Below are positions 51,064 through 60,319 of a stretch of 64,000 nucleotides of DNA, piece after piece. Under the pieces are notes generated by a model. It saw only the letters and a program-made list of their open reading frames with translations. It was not told the origin of the DNA and made no database searches. Position 1 is the first letter of the stretch; each line of letters opens with the position of its first letter. The position numbers and the translations under genes are program-made. The stretch covers positions 3,008,001 to 3,072,000 of the forward strand of contig CBDFJF010000001.1 in the NCBI GenBank assembly GCA_965248265.1, given 5' to 3'. The DNA is from Candidatus Latescibacterota bacterium. Its GTDB lineage: Bacteria > Latescibacterota > UBA2968 > UBA8231.

Positions 51064-51692
51064 CTCGAGCCATCGGCAATAGACACCTCACTTGGGTCAG
51101 CATCCTGGCAAGCGTTCTGCTGGCTTCCAGCCTCCAGGCCCAGCTCCTGTTAGAACCGGTACCTCGGGGTGGCATTTACGCCATGGCGGGACTGGGTGTC
51201 GCCGACCTCGATCGCGGCACGGGTGTTGGCGTACCCCTGCGTCTGACCATCGTGGAGCCAAGACTCAAGGCCATGATCGGCCTGTCACCTCTCGATCTGA
51301 CCTTTGTCCAGGGCAGTCAAGACCCTCGCTACGCCAGGTTACAGCATCAGTTCGGACCCGTCTGCTATGACACCCAGTTGGAGCGCACCGTCAGCAACCT
51401 GGAATGCTCAAGCACCGACGTCGTGCGTTCGCTGTCCGCGGAGGCTGCCGTGGTGCCGTTCGACCAGGTTTACTTCGCGGGCAAGGAAGGGATGCTGTTC
51501 GGCGGTCTCGGCTACCGTTTCAAGAAACCGGAAACCACCTACGGCATGGTCGGGTTGTTCTTCCCGACACCTTCAGGGCGATCAGGGGAACTCAGGCTCT
51601 CCATCGGAGGAGACTTCATCTTCATCGGTGTGAGCTGGGGCTACAATCTCACGCGCCTGTTGCCGGGCCGTAAAAGACAGAGACAATATTAG
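51060..51692 (+). CDS. Hypothetical exported protein (probable CTG start)
   Basis: The in-frame extension upstream of ATG 51183 encodes a signal peptide (LTRAIGNRHLTWVSILASVLLASSLQA); beta-strand-rich C-terminus. Confidence 0.65.
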   Translation: MTRAIGNRHLTWVSILASVLLASSLQAQLLLEPVPRGGIYAMAGLGVADLDRGTGVGVPLRLTIVEPRLKAMIGLSPLDLTFVQGSQDPRYARLQHQFGPVCYDTQLERTVSNLECSSTDVVRSLSAEAAVVPFDQVYFAGKEGMLFGGLGYRFKKPETTYGMVGLFFPTPSGRSGELRLSIGGDFIFIGVSWGYNLTRLLPGRKRQRQY

Positions 51693-51736
51693 ACACTGAA
51701 AACCCCTCATACCCGTTCATCAGGCAGTAGACCTGG

Positions 51737-52186
51737 TCATGCTGAGATGACGTAGGCGAGGATCTGCGCCACCTGCTCCGGCGTCTCAGCCACCGCCAGG
51801 GCTGCCGCGTCCACTTCCTTGAGCGGATGAGTCAATTCCGGATCGTGAAGGATGATCAGCCCCTTTCCGAGAGCGGCCGCGTAGCCGGCGTCAAAAGCGG
51901 CGTTCCATTGACGGTAGGAATCGCCGAAGCGGACGACGACTATGTCGGCGCCGCCAATCAAGGTGCGGGTACGCAGGGCATTTATCTTGCCGCCCTTGTG
52001 ATCGCGCCAGAAGGCACTCTCCTCCGGACCGAGTATGTCGACGCCGCAGCCGTCACTGGCGCCGTGGTCGGTGACGGGGGTGTCGAAGGTGATCGGTAAT
52101 CCCTGGCTCTCACTTGCGCTGATGATCTGGTCGCGCCAATCCGTGTGAATCTCTCCAGCTAGATAGACTCTCCAATCACTTTTCAT
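51737..52186 (-). CDS. YtoQ-family protein
   Basis: VYLAGEIHTDWR, PVTDH..SD.CG, VVRFGDSYRQWNAAFDAG, HPLKEVD. Confidence 0.88.
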   Translation of the reverse strand: MKSDWRVYLAGEIHTDWRDQIISASESQGLPITFDTPVTDHGASDGCGVDILGPEESAFWRDHKGGKINALRTRTLIGGADIVVVRFGDSYRQWNAAFDAGYAAALGKGLIILHDPELTHPLKEVDAAALAVAETPEQVAQILAYVISA

Positions 52187-52291
52187 CGCTCTCTCTCGTG
52201 TTGTCGTCATGTCCTGTTGAGTTTCGATCCGCTACCGTATGTTCTCTGACTCAATGCGCGATCGTCCGCCACAGCAAAGGAGTACGTTCCG

Positions 52292-52579
52292 ATGAAGTCC
52301 GCCCTCGAACTGGCCATGGAAAAAACGGAATCGCTGGTTGATGAAGAAGCCAAGTTAACGCCCGAGCAACTGGAAGCAATCGATCAGGTGAAAAAGGAGT
52401 ACGAAGCCAAATGGGCGGAGCAGGAGATTGTCCTGAACGATCGAATCAGGAAGATCGCCGCCGAGACGGATCCCCAGACGATGGCTGAGCATCACAAACA
52501 GTTCCAGGAAGAGAAGAGACGGGTTCGCGAACAGATCTTCGAAGACAGGGATCAGAAGATCGCACAGATTCGAGGCTGA
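52292..52579 (+). CDS. Hypothetical helical protein
   Basis: AAGGAG RBS; MKSALELAMEK start; charged helical composition. Confidence 0.8.
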   Translation: MKSALELAMEKTESLVDEEAKLTPEQLEAIDQVKKEYEAKWAEQEIVLNDRIRKIAAETDPQTMAEHHKQFQEEKRRVREQIFEDRDQKIAQIRG

Positions 52580-52596
52580 AGACCCCGCCTCTCTCG

Positions 52597-53801
52597 TCAG
52601 CGAGTGATTACGAACGGCGCACGATGTTCAACCGCTGACCCACCCTCGTCACGGGCCCGGATGCGGCACAGATAGGTGCCATTCGCCAACTGCCGCCCGT
52701 CGTCGCCTCGCCCATCCCACTTCGTCTGGGAAAACCCTGCGGACATGCGTTGCGGACCGAGGCGTCGAATCAGCCGCCCACGCATGAAGTCGGCGCTGCC
52801 GTGTCCGGCAAAATTGACGAGCAGGGCGCCCTCGTTCAAGGCTTCGAGGTAGGCTCCGCCGGTGGCGTTGGGCACGTCGCTGTCGTCCGGGTTGTAAATC
52901 TTGACGGATTCCAGTCCGAATGGCTGGGTGTAGTTCTCGGCGAGTGCGTCGCTGGGTTCACTGAAGATCCCTTTTGCGTGGTAATTGGCCAGGTAGATGA
53001 CTCGGCTTCGCCAGTCTGCGGTCGACGGTTTGATCGGCCTGCTCGGTACTCTCCACTGGAGACGTCCCAGGGCTAGATCCGGCAAACGATCATCGCCGTC
53101 GACGAGGGTGTACAGATAATCGCTGGAAGAGTGGCCGCGTTCTCTCGCCTGGTAATACTGCGAGGGCACGAAGCTCGGTCGGCCGCCACCGATGTCACCG
53201 CCGATGATGTTGCGGTAGTCGTAGGTGGCGTCGCCCATCAACAGGACGTAGGCGGGAATCCGCCTGCCGGTAGAGGAGGTCTCCGGGAGGGCAATGTGCC
53301 CGGGAAAGGCGTCGTAGCGACGCCGGAACTGCAGCTCGAACCAGTTGTAGTAGACCCGGTCGAAGGAGGCTTGATCGGCGAATACCTGTACGGTCACACG
53401 ACGAGAGTCGCCCTTGGTCGTGGCCAAAGCACTCCGGGTTCATAGGAAAGCGGCGCCCCACTATTGCCGGTGGGATCGTCCGCTTGAAAGACGGCGTAAT
53501 CCACCCCCTCGTAGTCGCGGAACCGCTCCTCCCCAACAACCTCCATCGAGGCTGTGGCGCCAGGCGGAACAGCCAACAACTCAGCAAAAAAAGGAAGTGC
53601 AGGCAGGCCTGGATGGCTCAGTCGAGGCACCGTTCCAGCAAGAACCATCTCTTGTTCGTGACCGCCACCGGTGACGGTGAGCGCGGAAGCCGGCATCGCG
53701 AAGTCGATCAGCAGGCCATCGGCAGACTCCTCCAAAATGTTGAAGGAAGAAGCCTGAACATTGACACACCAAAGAAGGATCAACAGGAGACAGGAGCGCA
53801 T
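52597..53801 (-). pseudogene. Collapsed gingipain/PorU-like C25 peptidase gene (frameshift plus internal deletions)
   Basis: Signal peptide and C25 propeptide (PGLPALP..LLAVPPGA); frame change near 53430; then YVLLMGDATYD, SDYLY..VDGDD.LPDLALGRL, VNFAGHGS fused directly to a CTD (GRLIRRL..WDGRGDDGRQLANGTY). Confidence 0.75.
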
Positions 53802-54061
53802 AGCCCTCAAGCTGCACACGGTCGTGAAGTGTGGGAACACGGAAGCGGCGTTGCCTTTGAAACGTACTACCAAACGTACGGACAAACTGCAAAAGCGTCT
53901 CCCTGGCGCGGCTGCTTTTCCCCAGGTCAGGCAGACGAGTGTCGGGCGACAACCTTTTGTACAAGCCTCCTGTGATTCGCATATCCATATTGAGACCACT
54001 ACGGAACCCCGTCGGTTCCAACTCGACCGCACTGGTGTTTTAACGGTACAGGAGAACGGGT

Positions 54062-55471
54062 ATGAAGAAATCGACTAACTGTGGATCCGCCGCGCGCATT
54101 CTGCCCGTGCCTGCAGGGGCACGTCTCGTACCCATCCTGGTCATGCCAGTCCTGCTGATATCCCTGTCAGCTACTTCCATTTGTTCACAGGAATGGGTGG
54201 ACATCACGCCGGCGGGGGACTCCCCCGGTCCTCGTCGAAACGCAGCGGCAATCTACAACCCGGTGGACCACGAGATCGTGCTGTTTGGCGGTCGCGGTTC
54301 ATCAGGCGACCACGGAGATCTCTGGCGCTTCGACCTGTCAGACGGCTCGTGGGACCGCATCGATGCCGGCGAAGGGCCGGTTCCCCGCTCCACGCACAAC
54401 GCCGTGTACGACGAGGTCTCCCATCGCATGGTGGTGTGGTCGGGGCGCAAGCTCGATGTCGATGGCTCGGAGTTTTTCTCGGACGTCTGGGGCCTGGATA
54501 TCGCAAACTCGCAATGGTCCCTGCTGCACGCCTCCGGGGATTCGCCAAACCGTCGGTACGGGACGGCCGCCGTCTACGATCCGCTGTCCCATTCGCTCGT
54601 CAACTTCGCCGGTTTTACCACAGCAGGGCGATTCGACGACACCTGGGCCTTCGATCTGGGTGGGAGCGGGTGGGAGGAGCTGGACCCGGATGGAAATCCG
54701 GGCGCTCGATGTCTGCACACAGGTGCCTACGATTCTCGTCGCGGACGCATGATCATCTTCGGGGGTCAGCGTGGATCGGGGGCGCTGGGTGACACCTGGG
54801 CGCTCGATCTCAACGCTACAATCTGGCAGGAATTGGCTCCGGCGGCCGGTCCTGGAGGCAGGAAATTCCCTGCCAGCATATACGATGAAGCCAACGACCG
54901 TTTTGTCGTGTTCGGTGGAGACACGGGGACGGAGAAGGCGGGTGGCGTATGGGCGCTGAATCTGGCTGATGATTCATGGGAGGAGTTGAGTGAGAGTGGA
55001 CAGGGTCCAACACCGAGGGATGGCGCGGTCGCCGTCTACATCACTGCTGAACAACGGCTGGTCTTATTCGGAGGTACCGGTGACGAACACCTAAACGATG
55101 TCTGGTCATTGTCGTTACCGACGCAAGATCCGACCGTCATCGAGGAGACGGAATCCATCTCTCTTCCCAACGCATCAAACCTGGGTCAGAGCTATCCCAA
55201 TCCATTCAATTCGACGACGGTCATTCCCTTTCACATCGCGGAATTACCGCCGGGGGCCAGCGGCGATGGAGTGGATGTGCATCTGGCAATTTTCGATGTG
55301 CTGGGTCGTCACGTGCGTGATCTGGTCCGCGATCGGATGAGGCCGGGACAGTATGAACTGCCCTGGAACGGCGAAGACGACGATGGTCGCGCGGCCGTTA
55401 GCGGTGTCTACTTCTACCGCCTTTCAACGATCGTGGGGTCTTCCACCAGAAAGCTCTTGATGGCCCGGTGA
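54062..55471 (+). CDS. Secreted Kelch-repeat protein with C-terminal T9SS-CTD/FlgD-Ig-like domain
   Basis: Six P.PR..H/A.A.YD...(L/I)FGG...D.W.L.L...W repeats; QSYPNPFNS..IFDVLGRHVR..WNG.DD.G..SGVYFY. Confidence 0.9.
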   Translation: MKKSTNCGSAARILPVPAGARLVPILVMPVLLISLSATSICSQEWVDITPAGDSPGPRRNAAAIYNPVDHEIVLFGGRGSSGDHGDLWRFDLSDGSWDRIDAGEGPVPRSTHNAVYDEVSHRMVVWSGRKLDVDGSEFFSDVWGLDIANSQWSLLHASGDSPNRRYGTAAVYDPLSHSLVNFAGFTTAGRFDDTWAFDLGGSGWEELDPDGNPGARCLHTGAYDSRRGRMIIFGGQRGSGALGDTWALDLNATIWQELAPAAGPGGRKFPASIYDEANDRFVVFGGDTGTEKAGGVWALNLADDSWEELSESGQGPTPRDGAVAVYITAEQRLVLFGGTGDEHLNDVWSLSLPTQDPTVIEETESISLPNASNLGQSYPNPFNSTTVIPFHIAELPPGASGDGVDVHLAIFDVLGRHVRDLVRDRMRPGQYELPWNGEDDDGRAAVSGVYFYRLSTIVGSSTRKLLMAR

Positions 55472-55510
55472 CGGTTAAAAAAGACCTCCGTTACCGGGAA
55501 TTCCGCAGCG

Positions 55511-55539
55511 TTGACAATCGGGTCTGTACGGCCTAAGAT
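55511..55539 (+). promoter_or_regulatory. Putative sigma70 promoter of gltA
   Basis: TTGACA-N17-TAAGAT. Confidence 0.65.
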
Positions 55540-55598
55540 CAGGCACCTCACTCCGAAGTGATTCCCGACAAAAAACACCGATACGCTGAGAGGCAATT

Positions 55599-56888
55599 AT
55601 GCCTGACTCCGTTCGCTTACAAATTGAAGACAGGACCATCGATCTACCCGTCGTCGTTGGCAGCGAAGATGAGCATGCCATGGACATTTCCAAGCTTCGG
55701 GCCGAAACGGGCTACATTACCCTCGACGAAGGCTACGGCAACACCGGCGCTTGCCAGAGTGCCATTACCTACATCGACGGTGACAAGGGGATACTCCGCT
55801 ACCGGGGCATACCGATCGAGGTTCTGGCTGAGAAAAGCAGCTTTATCGAAAGCGCTTACCTGCTGATCTGGGGCCATCTGCCGACCAGGGAAGAACTAAC
55901 CCGATTCAGCGCACTGCTGACGAAGCACCAGATGTTGCGGGAGCAACTGCGACGCTATTTCGAGCTGTATCCGCCAGGGTCTCCACCCATGGCGGTGCTG
56001 TCCGCCGTGCTGAATTCGATGGCCTGTTTTTACCCCGAACTGCTCGAGTTCGAGGATGTCGACGTCTTCGAAGAGACCGCAGCGCGGATCATGTCAAAGA
56101 CGCGAACGATCGCGGCTCATTCCTACAAGCACGAGCGCGGACACTACCTCACTTATCCGCATCCCGACAGGTCGTTCTCGGACAACTTCCTGCACATGAT
56201 GTTTAGTGAACCCCACAAGGAATTCGCTTCAGATCCCGAGCTCGTGCGCGCACTCGATGTTCTGCTGCTGCTCCATGCAGACCACGAGCAGAATTGCAGT
56301 ACCTCGACCGTGCGAATGGTTGGCAGCAGTGGCGCCAATCTGTTCGCTTCGGTGGCGGCAGGCGTCAGTGCGTTATGGGGTCCACTACACGGGGGCGCCA
56401 ACGTCGCCGTCGTCGAAATGCTGGAAACGATCATCAGTGAAAAGCTGTCGGTGAAGGATTTTGTGAACGACGTCAAGGAGCGGAAAAACGGAATCAAGCT
56501 GATGGGCTTCGGTCACCGGGTCTACAAGAATTTTGATCCGCGCGCCACGATCATCCGCGACGAGTGTGAAACGGTGCTGGCGAAACTTCACCAGAAGGAT
56601 GACCTGCTTTTAGTCGCTCAAGAACTCGAGGAGGCCGCGCTGGAAGAGGATTACTTCATCGAGCGCAGACTGTATCCGAACGTGGATTTCTACAGCGGGG
56701 TGATCCTACGTGCACTCGGCATTCCAACTTCCATGTTTACGGTCATGTTCGCGATCGGCCGCATGCCAGGATGGATCGCACAGTGGTACGAAGATCGTTT
56801 CATCACACGTGGCCGGATTCAGCGCCCTCGACAGGTGTACACCGGGCCAACAGAGCAGGAATACGTGCCAATCGATCAGCGAGGTTGA
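55599..56888 (+). CDS. gltA: Citrate synthase (type II-like)
   Basis: ITYIDGDKGILRYRG, LHADHEQNCSTSTVR, WGPLHGGAN, LMGFGHRVYKNFDPRA, YPNVDFYSG. Confidence 0.96.
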   Translation: MPDSVRLQIEDRTIDLPVVVGSEDEHAMDISKLRAETGYITLDEGYGNTGACQSAITYIDGDKGILRYRGIPIEVLAEKSSFIESAYLLIWGHLPTREELTRFSALLTKHQMLREQLRRYFELYPPGSPPMAVLSAVLNSMACFYPELLEFEDVDVFEETAARIMSKTRTIAAHSYKHERGHYLTYPHPDRSFSDNFLHMMFSEPHKEFASDPELVRALDVLLLLHADHEQNCSTSTVRMVGSSGANLFASVAAGVSALWGPLHGGANVAVVEMLETIISEKLSVKDFVNDVKERKNGIKLMGFGHRVYKNFDPRATIIRDECETVLAKLHQKDDLLLVAQELEEAALEEDYFIERRLYPNVDFYSGVILRALGIPTSMFTVMFAIGRMPGWIAQWYEDRFITRGRIQRPRQVYTGPTEQEYVPIDQRG

Positions 56889-56993
56889 GGACGACTGATC
56901 GATAGCCGAAATCTTCGTCCTGTGCAGGATTGTATCTTTCCTCTCGCAGTCGGCAACCTTCCACTTCAGCAACTTCTCGAGGAGGGACCAAGC

Positions 56994-57290
56994 ATGGCGG
57001 TACGAATCAGCGCGAAAAACTCAAAACTGTCCGACACCAGTAAAGAGTACATCGAAAAAGTCTGCGACAAGCTGGGGCAATTCTACGATCGCATCATCGA
57101 TTGTGAAGTCGTCATCGAACGATTGAAGCATGGCAACGGGGTTGAGATCATCGTCAAGGTTCCACAGCAGACCTTCGTGGGCTCGGCCGAATCGCCCGAA
57201 GACAACCTGTTCAAGGCGGTGGACGATGCCGGGGCCAAGGTCGAAACACAGTTGAAACGCTTTCACGACAAACAGGTCGAGCACCGCTAA
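56994..57290 (+). CDS. hpf: Ribosome hibernation promoting factor / RaiA (short form)
   Basis: KEYIEK...KL..F..I, NLFKAVD....KVETQLKRFHDK; GGAGG RBS. Confidence 0.85.
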   Translation: MAVRISAKNSKLSDTSKEYIEKVCDKLGQFYDRIIDCEVVIERLKHGNGVEIIVKVPQQTFVGSAESPEDNLFKAVDDAGAKVETQLKRFHDKQVEHR

Positions 57291-57318
57291 AATCGAGTCT
57301 CTTTTTTAGCCGTCCACC

Positions 57319-58530
57319 ATGACACTCACCGTAGGCATAGCCGCCGAATCCTATCCCGACGAGACTCGGGTGGCGCTTACGCCTGAGGCGGCCACCACTC
57401 TGAATCGCAACGGGCTGCATGCGCTGCTGCAGGCCGGAGCCGGGGTCGAAGCCGGGTTCCCAGACACAGCTTACGCCGAGCGAGACGTGGAGATCGTCAG
57501 CGATCGCGCTGGCCTGTTCCAGCGCTCGGATGTGTTGCTCCAGGTTCGAACGCATGGTGCCAATCCGGACAACGATGAGGATCTGAGCCTGGTTCGGCCT
57601 GGACAGATTCTAATCGGCATGTGCGATGCACTGGACGGCAAGGAGGCCATCAGCCGTCTGGCGCAAACCAGTGCGACCGTGTTTGCGATGGAACTGATGC
57701 CCAGGATTGCGCGGGCGCAGAGCATGGATGTGTTATCGTCGATGGCCACCATCACAGGCTATAAAGGAGTCCTGGTAGCGGCCACGGCACTGCCTCGAAT
57801 GTTCCCGCTGTTGATGACGGCCGCAGGGACCGTCACCCCAGCCAGGGTGCTGGTGGTCGGCGCGGGCGTTGCCGGTCTGCAGGCCATTGCCACGGCGAAG
57901 CGGCTCGGAGCGGTGGTGTTGTCGTATGATATTCGACCGGCCGTCAAGGAACAGGTGGAGAGCCTTGGGGCGCAATTCGTCGAACTGGGACTCGAGGCAG
58001 TAGACGCCGAGGACGCCGGAGGATACGCCACCGCCCAGAAGGATGATTTCTATCGCCGTCAGCAGGTCGCCCTTGCCGAAGTAGTGGCGGACTGCGATGT
58101 CGTGATGACGACGGCAGCCATCCCGGGAAAAACGGCTCCCATCCTGATCACAAAACAGATGGTCGCCGGCATGTCTCCGGGTTCAATCGTCGTCGACCTG
58201 GCGGCTGAACGCGGAGGCAACTGCGAATGTACGATGCCTGGCGAGACGATCTCAGTCGATGGCGTCCGGGTCATTGGGCCTGTCGATGTTCCTTCTTCGG
58301 TCCCTTTTCATGCCAGCCAGATGTACAGCCACAACATCGGAGAATTTCTCAAACACCTGGTGCGCGATGGGGAGGTGTCCCTGGACACCGGCGAGGACGA
58401 AATCATTCGCGAGACGCTCGTCGCCCGGGACGGTCGCATCGTTCATCCTCGGGTTCTCGAGGCTCTTGGAGAGAGTGTCACAGCGGGGTCAACCCAGCCG
58501 CTGCAACCGAGTGGCACGACTCTGTCCTGA
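57319..58530 (+). CDS. pntA: NAD(P)+ transhydrogenase alpha subunit, part 1 (dI)
   Basis: ETRVALTP, RAQSMDVLSS, VVGAGVAGLQA, DAGGYA, VDLAAERGGNC. Confidence 0.95.
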   Translation: MTLTVGIAAESYPDETRVALTPEAATTLNRNGLHALLQAGAGVEAGFPDTAYAERDVEIVSDRAGLFQRSDVLLQVRTHGANPDNDEDLSLVRPGQILIGMCDALDGKEAISRLAQTSATVFAMELMPRIARAQSMDVLSSMATITGYKGVLVAATALPRMFPLLMTAAGTVTPARVLVVGAGVAGLQAIATAKRLGAVVLSYDIRPAVKEQVESLGAQFVELGLEAVDAEDAGGYATAQKDDFYRRQQVALAEVVADCDVVMTTAAIPGKTAPILITKQMVAGMSPGSIVVDLAAERGGNCECTMPGETISVDGVRVIGPVDVPSSVPFHASQMYSHNIGEFLKHLVRDGEVSLDTGEDEIIRETLVARDGRIVHPRVLEALGESVTAGSTQPLQPSGTTLS

Positions 58531-58589
58531 CCAGAAATCGCCATGCCTCATCAATTGGATCAGTCCTGGATCACGCCTGAGAGGAACCG

Positions 58590-58871
58590 ATGGAGAGTCT
58601 GGTAGCAGCCCTCACGGTATTTGTGCTTGCCATTTTCGTCGGTTTTGAGGTCATCACCAAGATCCCACCCACCCTGCATACCCCACTGATGTCCGGCTCG
58701 AACGCGATATCCGGTATCACCCTGATTGGCGCAGTTCTGGCGGCTGGTGCGCAACACACGGAGTTGACCACCTGGTTGGGCATGGCGGCCGTAGTCTTCG
58801 CGACCATCAACGTCGTCGGTGGTTTCCTGGTGACTCACCGCATGCTCGGCATGTTCAAGAGAAAGAGGTGA
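58590..58871 (+). CDS. pntA: NAD(P)+ transhydrogenase alpha subunit, part 2 (membrane)
   Basis: LHTPLMSGSNAISG, NVVGGFLVTHRML.MF. Confidence 0.95.
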   Translation: MESLVAALTVFVLAIFVGFEVITKIPPTLHTPLMSGSNAISGITLIGAVLAAGAQHTELTTWLGMAAVVFATINVVGGFLVTHRMLGMFKRKR

Positions 58872-60271
58872 GCGAGCAAGCCATGAGTGTCACCATCAAC
58901 ATCGCCTACCTACTCGCCGCCGTTCTGTTCATCTTCGGTCTCAAGGGGCTCACCCATCCGCGCACCGCCGTCCGTGGCAACCTGCTCGGGGCGCTGGGCA
59001 TGTTCGTCGCCGTCGTCGCCACGCTGTCTGATCGCAAGATCTTGAGTTTCGAGATGATCATGGCCGGTGTGATCATCGGCGCTGCGATCGGACTGGTCCT
59101 GGCGGTAAAGATTCAGATGACCGCCATGCCTCAGCTCGTGGCCTTGTTCAACGGATTCGGCGGTGTTGCATCCGTCCTGGTGGCGGGCGCCGCGCTCATC
59201 GAAGTCGGCGCTCAAGGAACGATAGGGCTCCAGCTCACCGTTGCCACGGCGGCATCCGGAATCGTCGGCGCGGTCACGTTTTGGGGCAGCGTCGTTGCTT
59301 TCGCCAAGCTTCAGGAACTCGTGTCCGGCAATCCCTTGTTGTTCACCGGCCAGCAGCTGATCAACTTCGTTTTGATAGCGGCGGTTCTTGCTCTGGGGGT
59401 CTGGGTGGCAATGGATCCGATGGACCCCAATCGCTATTGGGTGCTGGTCGGTGTCGCCTCCCTGCTCGGCGTGTTGATCGTCACGCCGATCGGCGGTGCC
59501 GACATGCCCGTCATCATCGCGCTGCTGAATTCCTTTTCCGGCATCGCCGCGGCCGCCACCGGATTCGTCCTGCAGAACAACATCCTCATCATAGCCGGCT
59601 CGCTGGTCGGGGCATCAGGCCTCATCCTCACCCAGATCATGTGCCGGGCGATGAACCGCTCACTCGCCAACGTGTTCTTTGGTGGAGTCGGGGCACCGTC
59701 GAGCGTTGCCGGAGCCGACCAGGAGATCTACGAGGGCAAAGTCAAGTCGACTTCGGCAGATGAAGTCGCAATGTTGTTCGATGGCTCTCGCCGCGTTGTC
59801 GTCGTACCCGGGTACGGCATGGCGGTTGCGCAGGCCCAACACGCCGTCCGCGACCTGGCGAATCTGCTGGAAAAGGGCGGGGTCGAGGTCGAGTTCGCCA
59901 TCCATCCCGTGGCCGGACGCATGCCAGGCCACATGAATGTGTTGCTGGCCGAAGCGGAGGTTCCCTACGACAAGCTGAAGGAAATGGATGCCATCAACCC
60001 CAGCTTCCAGCAGACCGACGTCGTTCTCGTCATCGGTGCCAACGACGTCGTCAATCCACTGGCTCGCGAGGACGACTCCGGCCCCATCTCCGGAATGCCC
60101 ATCCTCGATGTCGACAAAGCACGAACCGTCGTCGTTATCAAGCGCAGTCTGAGCCCGGGATTCGCCGGTATCGCAAACCCTCTGTTTGCTGCAGACAACA
60201 CGCTGATGTACTTCGGCAGCGCCAAGGATGCGATCCTGGATCTGGTCGCCGCCGTCAATGAAGCAGCCTGA
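58868..60271 (+). CDS. pntB: NAD(P)+ transhydrogenase beta subunit
   Basis: MTAMPQLVA, IGGADMPV, MC.AMNRS, PGYGMAVAQAQ, HPVAGRMPGHMNVLLAEA. Confidence 0.97.
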   Translation: MSEQAMSVTINIAYLLAAVLFIFGLKGLTHPRTAVRGNLLGALGMFVAVVATLSDRKILSFEMIMAGVIIGAAIGLVLAVKIQMTAMPQLVALFNGFGGVASVLVAGAALIEVGAQGTIGLQLTVATAASGIVGAVTFWGSVVAFAKLQELVSGNPLLFTGQQLINFVLIAAVLALGVWVAMDPMDPNRYWVLVGVASLLGVLIVTPIGGADMPVIIALLNSFSGIAAAATGFVLQNNILIIAGSLVGASGLILTQIMCRAMNRSLANVFFGGVGAPSSVAGADQEIYEGKVKSTSADEVAMLFDGSRRVVVVPGYGMAVAQAQHAVRDLANLLEKGGVEVEFAIHPVAGRMPGHMNVLLAEAEVPYDKLKEMDAINPSFQQTDVVLVIGANDVVNPLAREDDSGPISGMPILDVDKARTVVVIKRSLSPGFAGIANPLFAADNTLMYFGSAKDAILDLVAAVNEAA

Positions 60272-60283
60272 CCCGCGTTCTTC

Positions 60284-60312
60284 TTGACAGTGCGCATGCT
60301 CCACCGTAAGAT
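60284..60312 (+). promoter_or_regulatory. Putative sigma70 promoter of the secretin gene (leaderless geometry)
   Basis: TTGACA-N17-TAAGAT, with ATG 60320 beginning 8 nt after the -10 box. Confidence 0.6.
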
Positions 60313-60319
60313 CGGCCAA

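Noticed and set aside
56889-56993. raiA-motif RNA upstream of hpf
   Set aside because: The intergenic space is too short and no motif is recognisable.
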